Of a stretch of DNA of 64,000 nt, positions 23,850-36,589 are shown piece by piece. The position numbers and the translations under genes were made by a program. Under the pieces are notes generated by a model. It had not been told where the DNA came from, did not search any database, and saw nothing but the letters and a program-made list of their open reading frames with translations. The stretch covers positions 17,870,833 through 17,934,832 of the forward strand of contig NC_069003.1 in NCBI RefSeq assembly GCF_001194135.2. Direction: 5' to 3'. Origin of the DNA: Octopus bimaculoides. Taxonomy: Eukaryota. Position 1 is the stretch's first letter, and every line of letters starts with the position of its first letter.

Positions 23850-25200
23850 AGAAAATATATTGTGGATACTTATTTTATTTGTATCACAATATGAACATAG
23901 CAAATAGTTTAATACAAATAAAATTTAAATGAGCATACATTAATGTAAAATAAAATACAATATGTATAAGAGGTACCTACACATGTAAACAGTGCTTCGG
24001 AATATTCGAACCATGTCAAGAGTTTTAGATGTAAAAAATAGCAACAAAAATAGACAAAGGAAATAACCTGTTGTTCCTAATTATAGTAATTATTTGGAAT
24101 AAGTAGCATTTCTCCTTTTTTTAGAATAAATAACCACCTTATATTTTCATTTATTTTGCACAAATTCCCAAATTTCATTAAGAAGTAAGTGTAATATAAT
24201 TTTTTTTATCAATCTAATAGTTTTTCTGCATAATTGAACGTATCTGTTAGTGTATTGCAATGCTACTAATTGCATTAATCTTTCTTTAGAATAATTATTG
24301 AAAATTTTCTTCATAACTGAACAATAATGCAGTACTTTAAAATTTTATTTTACATGTATACCCTCTACCATTAATTGATCTTAACAAATAAAGATATACA
24401 AATATTTGTGAGAGAACCTGTAATTTAATTCCTGCCCTAAGTATACAATATAGCTTATTCTTTTTTATCCATAACTTTAAAAATATTAAAATCTGCACAT
24501 AAACTTTTTATCATATATCCCTAATCACTAATTGATTTAACTATAATCTTATTTCGTTATTTTTAACCCCAGCAAATTCATTTCTCTCTATATTATCAAT
24601 TTTTTATTTTCTTTCACATCCCTCCCTATTTCTTATCTTTCCTCTTTAATTCAATCTTTTTACTTAGCGTTTTCACAATATATCTTACCCTTATATTATG
24701 TCTCTCACAACCCTTGAACATCTATATATTCTCTTAAATGGTTGTATAATGTTCATCTAAATGCATGACCATTTTTTTAAAATCCCTAATAAGTTTTTAG
24801 AAAGTTTTGATTTGCTAATACCTCCCACTATTACTCCATTGACAATCCCTCTTACTTTTCTAACAAACTAATGTTTACATTGTGTACATACTCGACATAT
24901 GATTACATAGTCCTCATGCATCTTATCTAGGAAGCTCTTTACTACCAACTTGTATTCATGAGAGAAAAATATGTAAGCATTAACCTTTTGAATGAGATGG
25001 CCCTGAAGATATCTGGACACTTTGTTGTTATTTTTCATATCTAAAACTCTTAACATGGTTCGAATATTCTAAAGAACTGTATAGGCACCTCTTATACATA
25101 TTGTATTTTATTTTACATTAATACATGTTCATTTAAATTTTATTTGTATTAAACTATTTGCTATGTTCAAATAAAATTAGAATCCACAATATTTTTTTCT
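23850..25200 (-). mobile_element. Highly decayed Penelope-like element with an inverted terminal duplication of about 200 bp
   Basis: 23850-24050 is the reverse complement of 25020-25200. The minus strand shows faint GIY-YIG-like remnants (STAL..., QLC...). Confidence 0.5.
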
Positions 25201-25225
25201 CCTTTTTCTTATAGTAATAATTATA

Positions 25226-25289
<64 letters not shown>

Positions 25290-26999
25290 AGAGAGAGAGA
25301 GAGTATATAAATCACAGTATGTGTGTGTATAATGACTAATGCATACATTTCCACAATTTTTAACCGATTTTCTCCAAACTTTACACACACATTACTTATG
25401 TCCCAAGGATGGTCATGCACTATAACATTTTGCCCAGAGCTCCCATGTAAATGGACATAAATGGACACAGTTTCTTGTATGTAGGCTCTTCCATACTTTT
25501 TTAATCTCTGTTCCCAATGCATTCACAGACGACTGAACCAAATCAAATCAAATTTTAGATTGTAATACTATGAGACCCTGTGAGTGTCAGCATGTAATTA
25601 TTTTGGATTAAAATAATGCAACATTGGCACTGGTTCCGTATTACATCTCAAAACTCAAAGAATAAAAGTGAAACCTTCAACAAAGTAACAGTTATGAATA
25701 GTTTCACTTCCAAATTGTTTCACTTTTATTCTTTCACTTTTAATAGTTTCACTATGTATATATATCCATGTATTTGTGTGTGTATGTATATATATATATA
25801 TATATATATCATTGTATATGTATGTGCGTGTATACATATATATATATATGTGTATATATACATGTATATGTGTGTATATGTATGTGTGTGTATACAAATA
25901 TATATGTGTGTATATGTATGTATGTATGTATATATATATATGTGTGTGTGTGTATATATATGCGTGTATATATATATATATATATATGTATGTATATAAT
26001 GTACTGATCTGTGATGGAATATTCAACAAAAAAAGTACTCCGTTTGGTGAGAGATAAATATTATTATTTAAAGTCACAATACATGTATTAAAGTGCTACT
26101 AATAGTTTCATATGTTGAGAGAACTCAAACATATTCTTCAGGTGCCAACCACATATCATAATGAGCTAAAATATGGAATAAATAGAAGAAGCACGATGAA
26201 ACTGAGAAGGCAACATATAGTAAACAACAGAAAATGAAACTAAAGTGTCAAAAGGTAAAAAGTACTATCCTCCTGAGGCCTTAAATGATAAGGCTGGAAA
26301 GATATCAAGTCAGTCAGGAATAGGTGGAATTTTCCAATTCTTCAGAATATATTTATACATATGCATGCAACCACTGAAAATTTCTGACCTGGAGTTCAAT
26401 AGAGAGTTAGGGATGTTAGATCTGAACAGGATCTGTGCTCTTTCAACTAAACATATATATGTATAATAGTAGCTAAGCCTAGTTTCACCTGGTCGGTTTG
26501 GATGATGTGGCTGTAAAACCTGCACTGTGTAAGCATTCAACTTGTTTGGGCACGTTTACATTAAAAAACAATTTTAGAATGCCTTTTTTCCGTCAAAACG
26601 CTAAAAATAACTGATTCGACCAAATCAAAAAACTAAACCCAAATACTGAGTGAACAAAGATGAACCATCCCACTTCCATTGCACACGCACACACAAACAC
26701 ACACGTTCACATCACCCCCCCTTTACATACACACACATATATTCACACAGAGTTGAAACGCTGTTTGATTTATTTTTTCAGTGTACAATTTTCATCATTC
26801 CACTACCAAGTATGACACCACCCCTTCCTTCCTTATTTATCTATCATCCCTTCCTTTCTCATTCATAAACACAAGAGTATTATTATAGTAGATTATCTCG
26901 GTAACCATGGGAGCTATGAAAAAAATACAAAGACCAGCAACACCACTGGATCATTCTACACATCTGTGTAAATTTTCATGCAATTCCACCCAGCCATTT

Positions 27000-29975
27000 G
27001 ACCGTGAATCCCAAGACAAGAAAGAATCGCTGTATAGGGAATCTGTACACCCCTGTGATTGGCTAAGTGAACTATACTAGTTAGTGTAAATGAGCATGTG
27101 CAGAACAGTCTGAGAAGAGTGTCATATGCACAAGTGTACAGGTCATAGGGATTATTGAATAGAGATATCATGGAGTGCTTGTTGAAGATACACAGTTGAA
27201 GAGTAATAAGAGAACATCTGGAACGTTTGATATTATAATGGTTTAGATATAATGATGATGACAAGAAGTCATACGTCATATCAATCCATGAGGGCCTCAC
27301 ATCACAGGTCCTACTGTCATACTCAAATTCAGTATGTGACACTCCAGTTGTATACATAAGACAACACAATATAGTCATATGCAATACATATTGCCTACCA
27401 AATGCTCCAAACCACGCAGGCAAGTTTGAAGATTGCCTCACAAAAATATAAGAAACTCTCGTGAAATTGGAACATCACGTGAGTATGTTTCTTATGGGTG
27501 ATTTCAACTTCCCCAGTGTCAAATGGCCTGAAGGCTTCGTGCTCTCAGGAATGACTCATTGCAAACAAGTACAGGCCGAGTCCATGCTCAACCTCACCAA
27601 TGCCCTATTCATGGAGCAAATTGTGCTCTGACCAACCAGGGTGAATAACATTGGATCTCTGCTTCACAAACAATATGGACATTGTTCATGATGTGAAAGT
27701 GACACTGACATTAATTTCGGATCATAACATAATAGAGCTGTCTATGTATGGACCAAAAGTAGCCAGAGACATACAGCCTAAAGGAAGCACCCAAAATCTC
27801 TCCAATTTGAACTTCCACAAAGCAAACTGGAAATCGATCCAAAAAGAGATTTTCAGACAGGATTGGCCGAAATGTCTCTCCACACCAGACATTGGCATGA
27901 AACTAGAATGTTTCATGTCTGTTATACAAACCATATGCCAGAAATATGTCCCAGAATACAAGGCCAACACAAAAAAGAACATGATCCCAAGGGAGAGTAA
28001 GCTCCTCATGAGACAACAGACAAAAGTTGCAAATCGCTTCATCCAACATCTCAAAAGTAGTGAAAGGTCTCGCCTAAAAACAACACTGATGGAGATTGAA
28101 AAAAGGCCGGAATAATCCTATGTGAAGGAGAGAGCAAACAAAGAAGCCTGGGTTATAGAAAACATCAAATCAAACCCAAAGGCCTTCTTTCATTATGCCA
28201 AAGAAACAGCCTTGGTACACTGCAAAATAAAACCCCTCTTCCAGAAGGATGACTCCCTCACAGATAAAACAATCAAGGTCAGTGAGGTACTGAATGACCA
28301 GTTCGAAAGTGTTTTTACCACCCTGTTGGAACACAGACAAGTGAATGAACCAGTGGATTTCTTCGCTGCCTCACCTATATCCAATGAGGCGGTTATGATG
28401 GATTACATTGACATTGGGGAAGAAGATATAAAACTAGCCATAGATGAGGTGGATGCAGGCTCAACTGCTGGCTCTGATGGTTTCCCAGCAATCCTCCTCA
28501 AATCATTTAAATATGCCCTGGCAAAACCACTACAGGTTCTCTTCCAGAGCTTTCTTGCAAATGGCAAGCTGCCAAGCAAACTGAAGGAGGGAATAATATG
28601 TCCAATCCATAAAGGAGGAAGCAGAGCAGATGCCAAAAATTATAGGCCTATCTCTGATTTTACACATCAGCAAAGTCATAGAACAAATAGAGGAAAACTA
28701 ATCGCATTCCTTGAAGAAAACGACTTACTGAGTGATACTCAGCATGGTTTTCGACCCAATAGGAGCTGCATCACCCAGCTTCTACAGCACTATGACTGAG
28801 TGTTGGGGCAAATGTGGTATACCTTGACTTTGCAAAAACTTTTGATAAAGTTGATCATAGTATGATATGCCACAAACTGCATAATCTTGGCATAGCTGGA
28901 AAACTTGGAGAGTGGTTCCATGACTTTCTAAAAGATAGAAGTCAGGCAGTGGTGGCCAATGGAGCCACCTCAAAGAAAACACAAATAGTGAGTAGTGTTC
29001 CACAGGACAGTGTCTTTGGACCACTGCTTTTCATAGTAGCCCTCTCAGATATGCCCTCAGCAGCCCAGATAGCTACCCTTGCTAGCTATGCAGACAATAC
29101 GAAAATCTCACAGAAAATACAAAACCCTAACGATGTTGTACACCTGCAACTCAATTTACAGTTGGGCTGAGGACAATAATATGCAGTTTAATGCTGGAAA
29201 GTTCCAAGCCCTGTGCTACCAGCACCCAAAACTGTAAAACTTACAGGATATACTGGCACATGGGGTATTACAATCCCAGAACCTAAATCCGTGCGGGACC
29301 TGGCTATCAACATGAGTGACAATACCTCTTTCCAAGTGCACATTACCAAGATGGTGACAAAATGCAGATGGCTGGCTTGCTGGATCCTGAGAACCTTCAG
29401 AACCAGAGAGAAGGAAGCCATGATGGTCCTCTGGAGGACATTTTCCTCAGCCACCTGGATTATTGCTCCCAGCTATGGTCACCCAACAGTGTAAAATCAA
29501 CAGCAGACTTTGAAGCAATCTAGTGAAGCTTTACAAAAAAGATCGTCTCATTGCAACAGCTCAGCTACTGGGAAAGGCTGAAACAGCTAAGACTCTACTC
29601 CCTGGAGAGAAGGCGGGACAGATATGCAGTAATATACATCTGGAAGATCCTGGAAGGGATTGTGACAAATTTTGGCATTGAAAGCTACACAAATGCCAGG
29701 ACAGGTCAACTCTGCACAGTGCCAAAGATCCCAGCAATGCCATCGTGCTTCAGGACCAGTTACTGTAAAACCCAGGTTTCACGGGCTCACAGCTTTTTAA
29801 TATTCTCCCAAAGAGCCTGAGGTACCTACACAAAGTGGATGTAGGTGTTTTCAAATTAAAACTGGATCTCTTCCTGTCGAGAGTCCTAGATGAACCTACC
29901 TCGCAGCAGGAGGTGCAAATGAGGTCAGCGAAATCAAATTCCCTTGTTCACCAAATGCCACAGATCTTGTGTGAT
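27000..29975 (+). mobile_element. Near full ORF2 CR1/L2-group LINE, frameshifted (endonuclease plus reverse transcriptase)
   Basis: Reads MGDFNFP, DLCFTNN, SDHNII, KNYRPIS, QHGFRPNRSC, VYLDFAKTFDKVDH, VPQDSVFGPLLF, SYADNTK and LERRRDRY. Confidence 0.9.
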
Positions 29976-30745
29976 AGTGCAGAGTTTTACTGAAACACAT
30001 ATGGCCTTCCATTGCATACACTGTTTATCCAGGGCTTAACAATTATTTCCAGAACCTCAATGTAGGCAGCAGAGTTAACTCTAAGGGCTTGTGGAAAGAA
30101 GTGAGGAGGCATCACATGTCCTTCATTGCTGACAACCCTTAAAACGATGACAGTTGCAGGAAATTTTGTATGGAACTTCAGAAGGGTCTGCACATAACCA
30201 TCTGTCACTTCTATTAAATTTTTTCATCTTGATCAAAGTTTTTCTTGTTTGAGAAAAACCAAACCAAATCTTCTGATGCAGTTATTTTCTTTTGCATTTT
30301 GTGACAAATTTACCTTTTCTCATCATATAAGACTTCTATCTGATGTCTTTGTGGACAACATTTCTGACTGTTCCTTCTGACACACGGAGATCTTTTGCAA
30401 TTGACCTCATGGACTTTCTGGGATTGTAACCAATGGTCTGTTGAACTTGCTGGATAAATTCAGGTGTTCCAATGATTTCAGAGCATTTAGAATGCTTTTT
30501 CTGCTTTGATACTGGTAATATGTTTCCATCTTTAGTTTCTAGCTCCTTACAAACTTTTAAAACTCAAGATATTTCTAAATCATTATGCTCAGCCTTTATA
30601 ACCACAATAAGAGCATGCCTCTTCATTTTTTGAGTAAGCTGAAGGTCTGCCATTATTATTTTCTGAAAGAAAGATTATACAGAGTTAGCAAAAAATGCAC
30701 CATTGACCCCAAAAAGGTATGTCGTCAAATACCTTATACACCCTG
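29975..30745 (-). mobile_element. Tc1/mariner (maT/DD37D-like) transposon fragment
   Basis: Terminus TA-cagggtg at 30745. ORF 29987-30208 reads KFPATVIVLRVVSNEGHVMPPHFFPQALRVNSAAYIEVLE..VKPW...YVFQ. Confidence 0.8.
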
Positions 30746-30805
30746 TATATTATATATTGTATATAATATATATATACTTATATATATATATAATAATATA
30801 TACAC

Positions 30806-30842
<37 letters not shown>

Positions 30843-30859
30843 AATCAAGATAGAGGAAG

Positions 30860-32190
30860 AAAAGTAAAGTAAAGGCTGAGGAAAGGGTAGATTGGTAGAT
30901 AGAGTTTTATTTTCAATTTGGTGTAAAATGGTTTTCATATTCTTTCTCAAGTATGTGTAAGTTTTATAAGAATAACAGTTGTAAAAATCTCAATGCTATA
31001 AATATATATCCGATCATTTATAGAGATATGTGTCTTGTTATTACCATTGGCGCCACATTCAGAAACAACAGTAACATCCATCATCATTATTATTAAAAAA
31101 ATAATAATAATAATTAAGTGGTAAAATGCCCACGAAGAAGCTTTCTTGACAGACACCAAAACATCTAACATACATTGATGTCACCTTATATGGTATGTGA
31201 ATATTGTTAGGCAGCAACTTGGCATTCATTTGCATTATTTCTCCTTAATCATCTTAGCTGGGCACAGCATCTGTGTGAACTAACCATGTAATGTTCATAG
31301 TTTGTTTCATTTGAAGGGGTGTTCATGCATATTATCTCTGTTTCTCTTTCCAATCTTTTTGACAAAATGTAGTTCCTCTGCTCCTCTTTCAAACATTTAA
31401 TTTTGGAAAGAACTTTTTGATGAAGTGTAGCTTCATTGCTTTTCGGAACATTGGGTCATATCTTGAACATTTGTAAAAGGGAAAGATTTTGAACTTACCT
31501 TCACTGCATTTTTCTAGATGCTTGCTCAGTGGAATCTTGTTTGTGCAATTCTTCTTGTTGGATGTGTCTGTGGATTCTTGCATGTTTGTTTCACCAATAT
31601 AATTTTCCTTGCAACTGGGGCAAGCAATGCAGTATATGAAATTTTGTGTCTTGCAGTTCATATCTGCATTTACAGGAGTCCGCTCTTGAATATTATGTGG
31701 GAACCACTTTCTAAATATTTGAAGTTGTTGTTGTTGTTGCATGTTCCACATCTGCTATCTCCACATTCTTTTACAGACAATTCTGATTCATTCTCTGATG
31801 TGAATTTTGCTCTTGTGAGGTGTTTTTGAGATTTTTTGACTGGCGTCTACTGTTTCGTAAGCGGTTTTCGTCAATGAGATTTTTCATTTTGGGGCTTTGT
31901 AAAAAGTATTGGTAGGTTTGATTTTATGGTGTGAAAATTGTTAGCTACTCCAGGATTGTGTGTATTGATAAATGGAATCATGTGTTCATGATTTTTTTCC
32001 TTTGGTATCATTAGTTGTGATATGTTCAGCTTCATCACCTTTTTAATTCCATTGTTTATTAATTTTAAGGGGTATGTCTGTTTTGTTAGGAAGCCTTTGA
32101 GCTCATTGTGTCAGATTTGGTGTATTTTGGGATCAATCACTATAGTAGATACGTCTTACCATACTGTGTATATGATTAATTTTCAGAAAC
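30860..32190 (-). mobile_element. Penelope-like retroelement 3' part (RT C-terminus plus GIY-YIG endonuclease)
   Basis: Reads ELKGFLTKQTYP...IPFINTHNP, then CGDSRCGTC and CKTQNFIYCIACPSCKENYIGET...IFPFY...FIKKFFPKLN. Confidence 0.88.
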
Positions 32191-32348
32191 ATTAATTTCA
32201 ATGTCAGCTTTGTGAGGTGATGTGATTTTCTCTATACATATTTTTGTTATATTTATCTTTCCAAATTGTTTGCCACTTTTAATAATTTTAATAATAAATT
32301 TGTGAAATGTTTTAATAAAGCTGATTGATTTAATCATTGTCATTTCAG

Positions 32349-32787
32349 ACTCTTGGATACTCTGTAATGACACAAATGTGCAACAAGTTCCTATGAAGGA
32401 GGTGTTCAAGTCCCAAGTGTACATCTTAATCTTCTCCCTACTAAATCCTTCACAGGAGCTACCAAATGACATTATCACTTCCACCTCCACCACTGCCATC
32501 CCTGATCTTGCAAAAACCTATATAGAAACTACAGACAGCAGCAGGTCAACAACAAGGGACTCTTTCACTCATATACCGACTACCTCGGAGAAGAATACTG
32601 ACCCCTTCGACCTGTCTCCTCCTCCTCCTCCTCCTCCTCCTCCCAAGACTGCAGTAAAGTCCTTCCCAACCAAAACGGTGGCCACTCAGCAACGCAAGAT
32701 TCCATGTTTGTTATATTTTGAAAGCCCCTATTACACAAGAAGCAAAAGCCGACGCAAGCGAAGAGTCTGTGTTTCTCAGACACTGTG
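32349..32787 (+). CDS. USP44/USP49: USP44/49-like probable terminal coding exon (DSWILCNDTNVQQVPMKEVFKSQVYILIFS plus a Thr/Ser/Pro-rich tail); the 3' end is lost in the N-gap
   Basis: catttcag acceptor ends at 32348. The phase-1 join gives EA-D-SWILCND, the WxxCND catalytic Asn/Asp motif, followed by an AYILFY-like QVYILIF. The frame stays open to the gap at 32788. Confidence 0.88.
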
Positions 32788-32999
32788 NNNNNNNNNNNNN
32801 NNNNNNNNNNNNNNNNNNNNNNNNNNNNNNNNNNNNNNNNNNNNNNNNNNNNNNNNNNNNNNNNNNNNNNNNNNNNNNNNNNNNNNNNNNNNNNNNNNNN
32901 NNNNNNNNNNNNNNNNNNNNNNNNNNNNNNNNNNNNNNNNNNNNNNNNNNNNNNNNNNNNNNNNNNNNNNNNNNNNNNNNNNNNNNNNNNNNNNNNNNN
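32788..32999. other. Assembly gap covering the USP stop-codon region. Other N-gaps: 2242-2251, 17969-18358, 36364-36492, 38731-39149, 40966-41101, 45864-46134, 47777-47942, 48993-49002, 51618-51896
   Basis: Runs of N. Confidence 0.99.
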
Positions 33000-33985
33000 T
33001 GAGTGAGTGTGGTAGTGACATAAATTTGACTGACTCTGACTTGACCTTGCATAAAAACATTTCTTTCCTCCTGTTCATGTATGTCAGCATTCCTGTTTCT
33101 TTCAGAATACCATTTTTCATCTCAAAGACTAAAATAATTCATACAGAAAGCCATAAGAATTTTTAGGTGTTTGCTGATATTCACATGTAGCTTTTTTTCC
33201 ACTTTTTTATACTAAAATTGAAACAAAGCAAAAATTGTCATAAAAAAAAGAAAAAATGAACAACAATGTCTGGTTTTTGCATTTATTTATTAATATTTTA
33301 CCCCCCCCCCCTTTTTTTTTTGAGAGAGCAGTGAGTTGGCACAATCTTTAGCATGGTAGGCAAAATGCTTAGCAGCATTTCATCTGTCTTGACATTCTGA
33401 GTTCAAATTCCACTGAAGTTGACTTTATCTTTCATCCTTTCAGAGCCAGTAAAATAAGTACCAGTTGAGCACTTGGGTCAATGTAATTGCCTTACCCATC
33501 CTTTGAACTTGCTGGCTTTGTGCCAAAGTTTGAAATCAATATTTTAACCCTCTTGATACTGGCCTACTTGAGACCACTTCTGTTTAACAGAAATATGGTA
33601 ACAAAAAAGTTAACTACTCTATCATTCTCTGTGTTCTGTAACCCATCTGAGACTGTTCCTGGTTCTATATTTCCTGTTTAAAGAGATCTAAATCAAAATC
33701 TTCCATGCTAATTTATGTCCCAAACACCAGCTTAACAATTACAAAGTTATTTTACTAAATTCTTCATTATTTTCAAAATTAGTTGAAAGAAATGCAGTAT
33801 ATTTCAACATAAATATGGTAACAAAAAGGTTACACTATTTTTCTGTCACAGTTGGTGAACCATGACATGGTTGGTTGTGGGGTTTCTGACAAGCCACTTG
33901 CTGGTTCATTGCATTTTCCTCAGGCAGGAGTCTGGAGGGAATGCCTTGTAACTCAAGACAGAAGAAATATTACAAGTGATCTCCT

Positions 33986-34312
33986 TTAATCCTTTAGCAT
34001 TCAGATTACTGTGTGAAACGTAATACTTGTTTATTCACATTGGTTTCAACTAGTCAGGCATTATCTTGTAGCTTTGAGATTTTGCTGTGATTGTTTCTGT
34101 TTAGAATGACATCCTAAGTTATTGTGAGAGGCATGATTTGATCGGTTTGATGATAAAACAGACAGAATATTTGGACCATATATGGCCATTTTAACCCTTT
34201 AGCATTTAAGCAAACCATATCCGTCCAAAATATTCTACCTGTTTTGTGTTCAAACTGACCAGATCAGGCCCCTCATACCTATCCTACAATGTCACTCCAA
34301 AGACAAACAATT
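33986..34312. mobile_element. TTAA piggyBac-type MITE pieces (ttaaccctttagcatt... termini); the second piece is cut by the LTR
   Basis: tttaatcctttagcattcag at 33986 and ttaaccctttagcattta at 34191; the two pieces are in opposite orientation. Confidence 0.55.
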
Positions 34313-35690
34313 TGTTGTAGTGAAAATGGTACACTTCTTCCCACATGACAAAGTGGTATGAAAAGCCACTATAAAGTCAGACAGTTAGTTGTTGTAGGAA
34401 GTCAGTAGTAGTAGAATTGCTGTATGAGTTCTCAGTTGGAGTCAGTTACATGATATATATGAGTTAAGTCACCATCAGGGTAGACCTTACAAAGTCATCT
34501 TGCAGAGCTATCAACGATGGCACGATAGACGAGACAAAGATAATAAGATGCAGAATGCTGCTACAACATAATAGTGGTGACAAGAATATTACAGTGCTGA
34601 CAACATACAAGTGAACGAGGATCCACATTATAATAGTGGCGATGAGGAAATAAACAATTCACACAGAGAATGTTGGGAGAAAAAAAAAAAATTTTTCACA
34701 AGAAAATAATTCATGCAAATGACAGAAAGTTTTTCACTTGGAGAAATCAAAAACTCAACAGAGGAATAACAAACATTTTTGTTATATATATTTTATAAAA
34801 AATCCATATATTTATGGAAAACTTGTTAGAGGGTTTAGTCGAGTTGCAAAAAGAGCAACAACAACAACTCCAAGAGCAACAACAAATGCTACAACTAAAG
34901 AAGTTGGTAACAAAACCAGAAAATACGTTTTCACCAGACCATGTAGCAATTTCAATAAATGAATTTAAATATGACCCAGAAGAAGGAGTCGCTTTCGAGG
35001 CACATTACCGAAGATTTGAACAAATTTTCGGAAAAGAATGCCAAGACTGGACAGACAAAATGAAATATCTAATTCTGAGGAAACTGGCAACAATAAGGGA
35101 TGAGAAATACTGTAACTTTATATTGCCTAAAAAAGTTTCTGACAAATTTCACAGACACAATTAAGATTTTTAGGATGTTTAGTGAAAAAACATCATTGTT
35201 CAACACATGGAAGTATTTGAATGCTGAGAAAAGCGATGATGAAGACTTTACTGCATATGCGAATAGAGTGAACAGAGAGTGCGAGAGATTTAAACTGGAT
35301 AGAAATAACTCCAGACTCATTCAAGTGCCTGGTTTTTGCTCAAGGACTTACTGCTAAAAAGCTGGAAATGAACCAGGATATGACTCTAGAAACTGTCAGA
35401 AGAGTGCGATAGGATATTAAAAGTAAGGCACAACACTGAAGAAGTGCAACACAGATTGTTTACAGATAAAACCAGTGTGAGAAAGTTGGAAGACGGATAA
35501 AGTGTTTCACAAAAAACACAATATATACCAGGGGATAAACCCATGTATGGCATGTGATGGTCGGCACCCGAGAAAAAAGTGTTTGTTCAAAAAAGTGAAG
35601 TGTTTTCATTGTGGGCACACAGGACACATTAAATCGCACTACAGAGCTAAGATGATGAAAAATTGGATGAAATCGCCTGCATCACCAGAT
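34313..35690 (+). mobile_element. Ty3/Gypsy retrotransposon 5' part: 256-bp LTR (34313-34568), PBS-like site and frameshifted gag with zinc knuckle
   Basis: The LTR is bounded by inverted TGTTGTAG...CTACAACA and followed by tggtgacaag (PBS-like). Gag reads EFKYDPEEGVAFEAHYRRFE...RECERFKL and CFHCGHTGHIKSH. Confidence 0.85.
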
Positions 35691-36330
35691 ATTTTAAACA
35701 TCTCTGCAGTGATTCCTGATGGGCCAGGGGCTTTCCTTGTCTTCATATCCTTAATTACTTAATTTACCAAGGTACTGTCAATTAGGATAGCTGGTCACTC
35801 TGCTGGGTCATCTTTTGGCTGACTCTGTTTCTCCCATTCATTCTCTTCATTTAGCAACCTTTCAGAGTGGTGTCTCTCTCTTTTGCAGCCTCATTAAATG
35901 CATATGTGCCATCATCCATGTGGACACATTTCTCTCCCCCAAGACATCACGATTCTCTCTCACACACATGAAACACTTCAAGTCTTTGGTCCTCACGATG
36001 CAGAACATTGGTAAATTTTTTCTTACCTGCTTCCCCTCTGCCTAAGTAAATCTGTCTCCTAGCTTCCTTTCTGGTGATCAGATACAGTTCCCTGCTACCA
36101 CCATTCTTCCAGTCCTTCCATGCCTGTTTCTTTTCCCTAATAGCCCCGTCAATTACATTGTTCCACCACCACATTTCCTTGGGTCGAGAGGGACTTTGCA
36201 CCATCCACAGATCTGGTCAGTAGCTCTCAACAGGTCGTCCTGCAGGAACCTCCAGTTGTCTTCCACATTATGTGATGCTATATCGTCCTCTTTTTCATCA
36301 AAATCTTTGAGTAATATGTCTCTAAATCTC
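35690..36330 (-). mobile_element. RTE-clade LINE fragment (endonuclease-RT linker)
   Basis: Reads WWNNVIDGAIREKKQAWKDWK...KAPGPSGITAEM. Confidence 0.75.
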
Positions 36331-36589
36331 TCTCTCTCTCTTTATATATATATATATATATATNNNNNNNNNNNNNNNNNNNNNNNNNNNNNNNNNNNNN
36401 NNNNNNNNNNNNNNNNNNNNNNNNNNNNNNNNNNNNNNNNNNNNNNNNNNNNNNNNNNNNNNNNNNNNNNNNNNNNNNNNNNNNNNNNNNNNAGGGCATC
36501 CAGCTGTGAAAAGCAAGCCAAAATAGACAATGAAGCATGGTGCAGTCCTCCACCGAGCCAACATGGAAAGCAGATGCTAAATGATGATG

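Noticed and set aside
25616-26077. ORFs rich in YI/CV/HT repeats (similar ones at 16323, 25154, 48858, 50714)
   Set aside because: They are (TA)n, (TG)n and (AG)n microsatellite read-throughs.
32176-32499. 107-aa minus-strand ORF overlapping the USP exon
   Set aside because: It is the antisense of the USP exon plus AT-rich intron; PLE homology stops near 32190.
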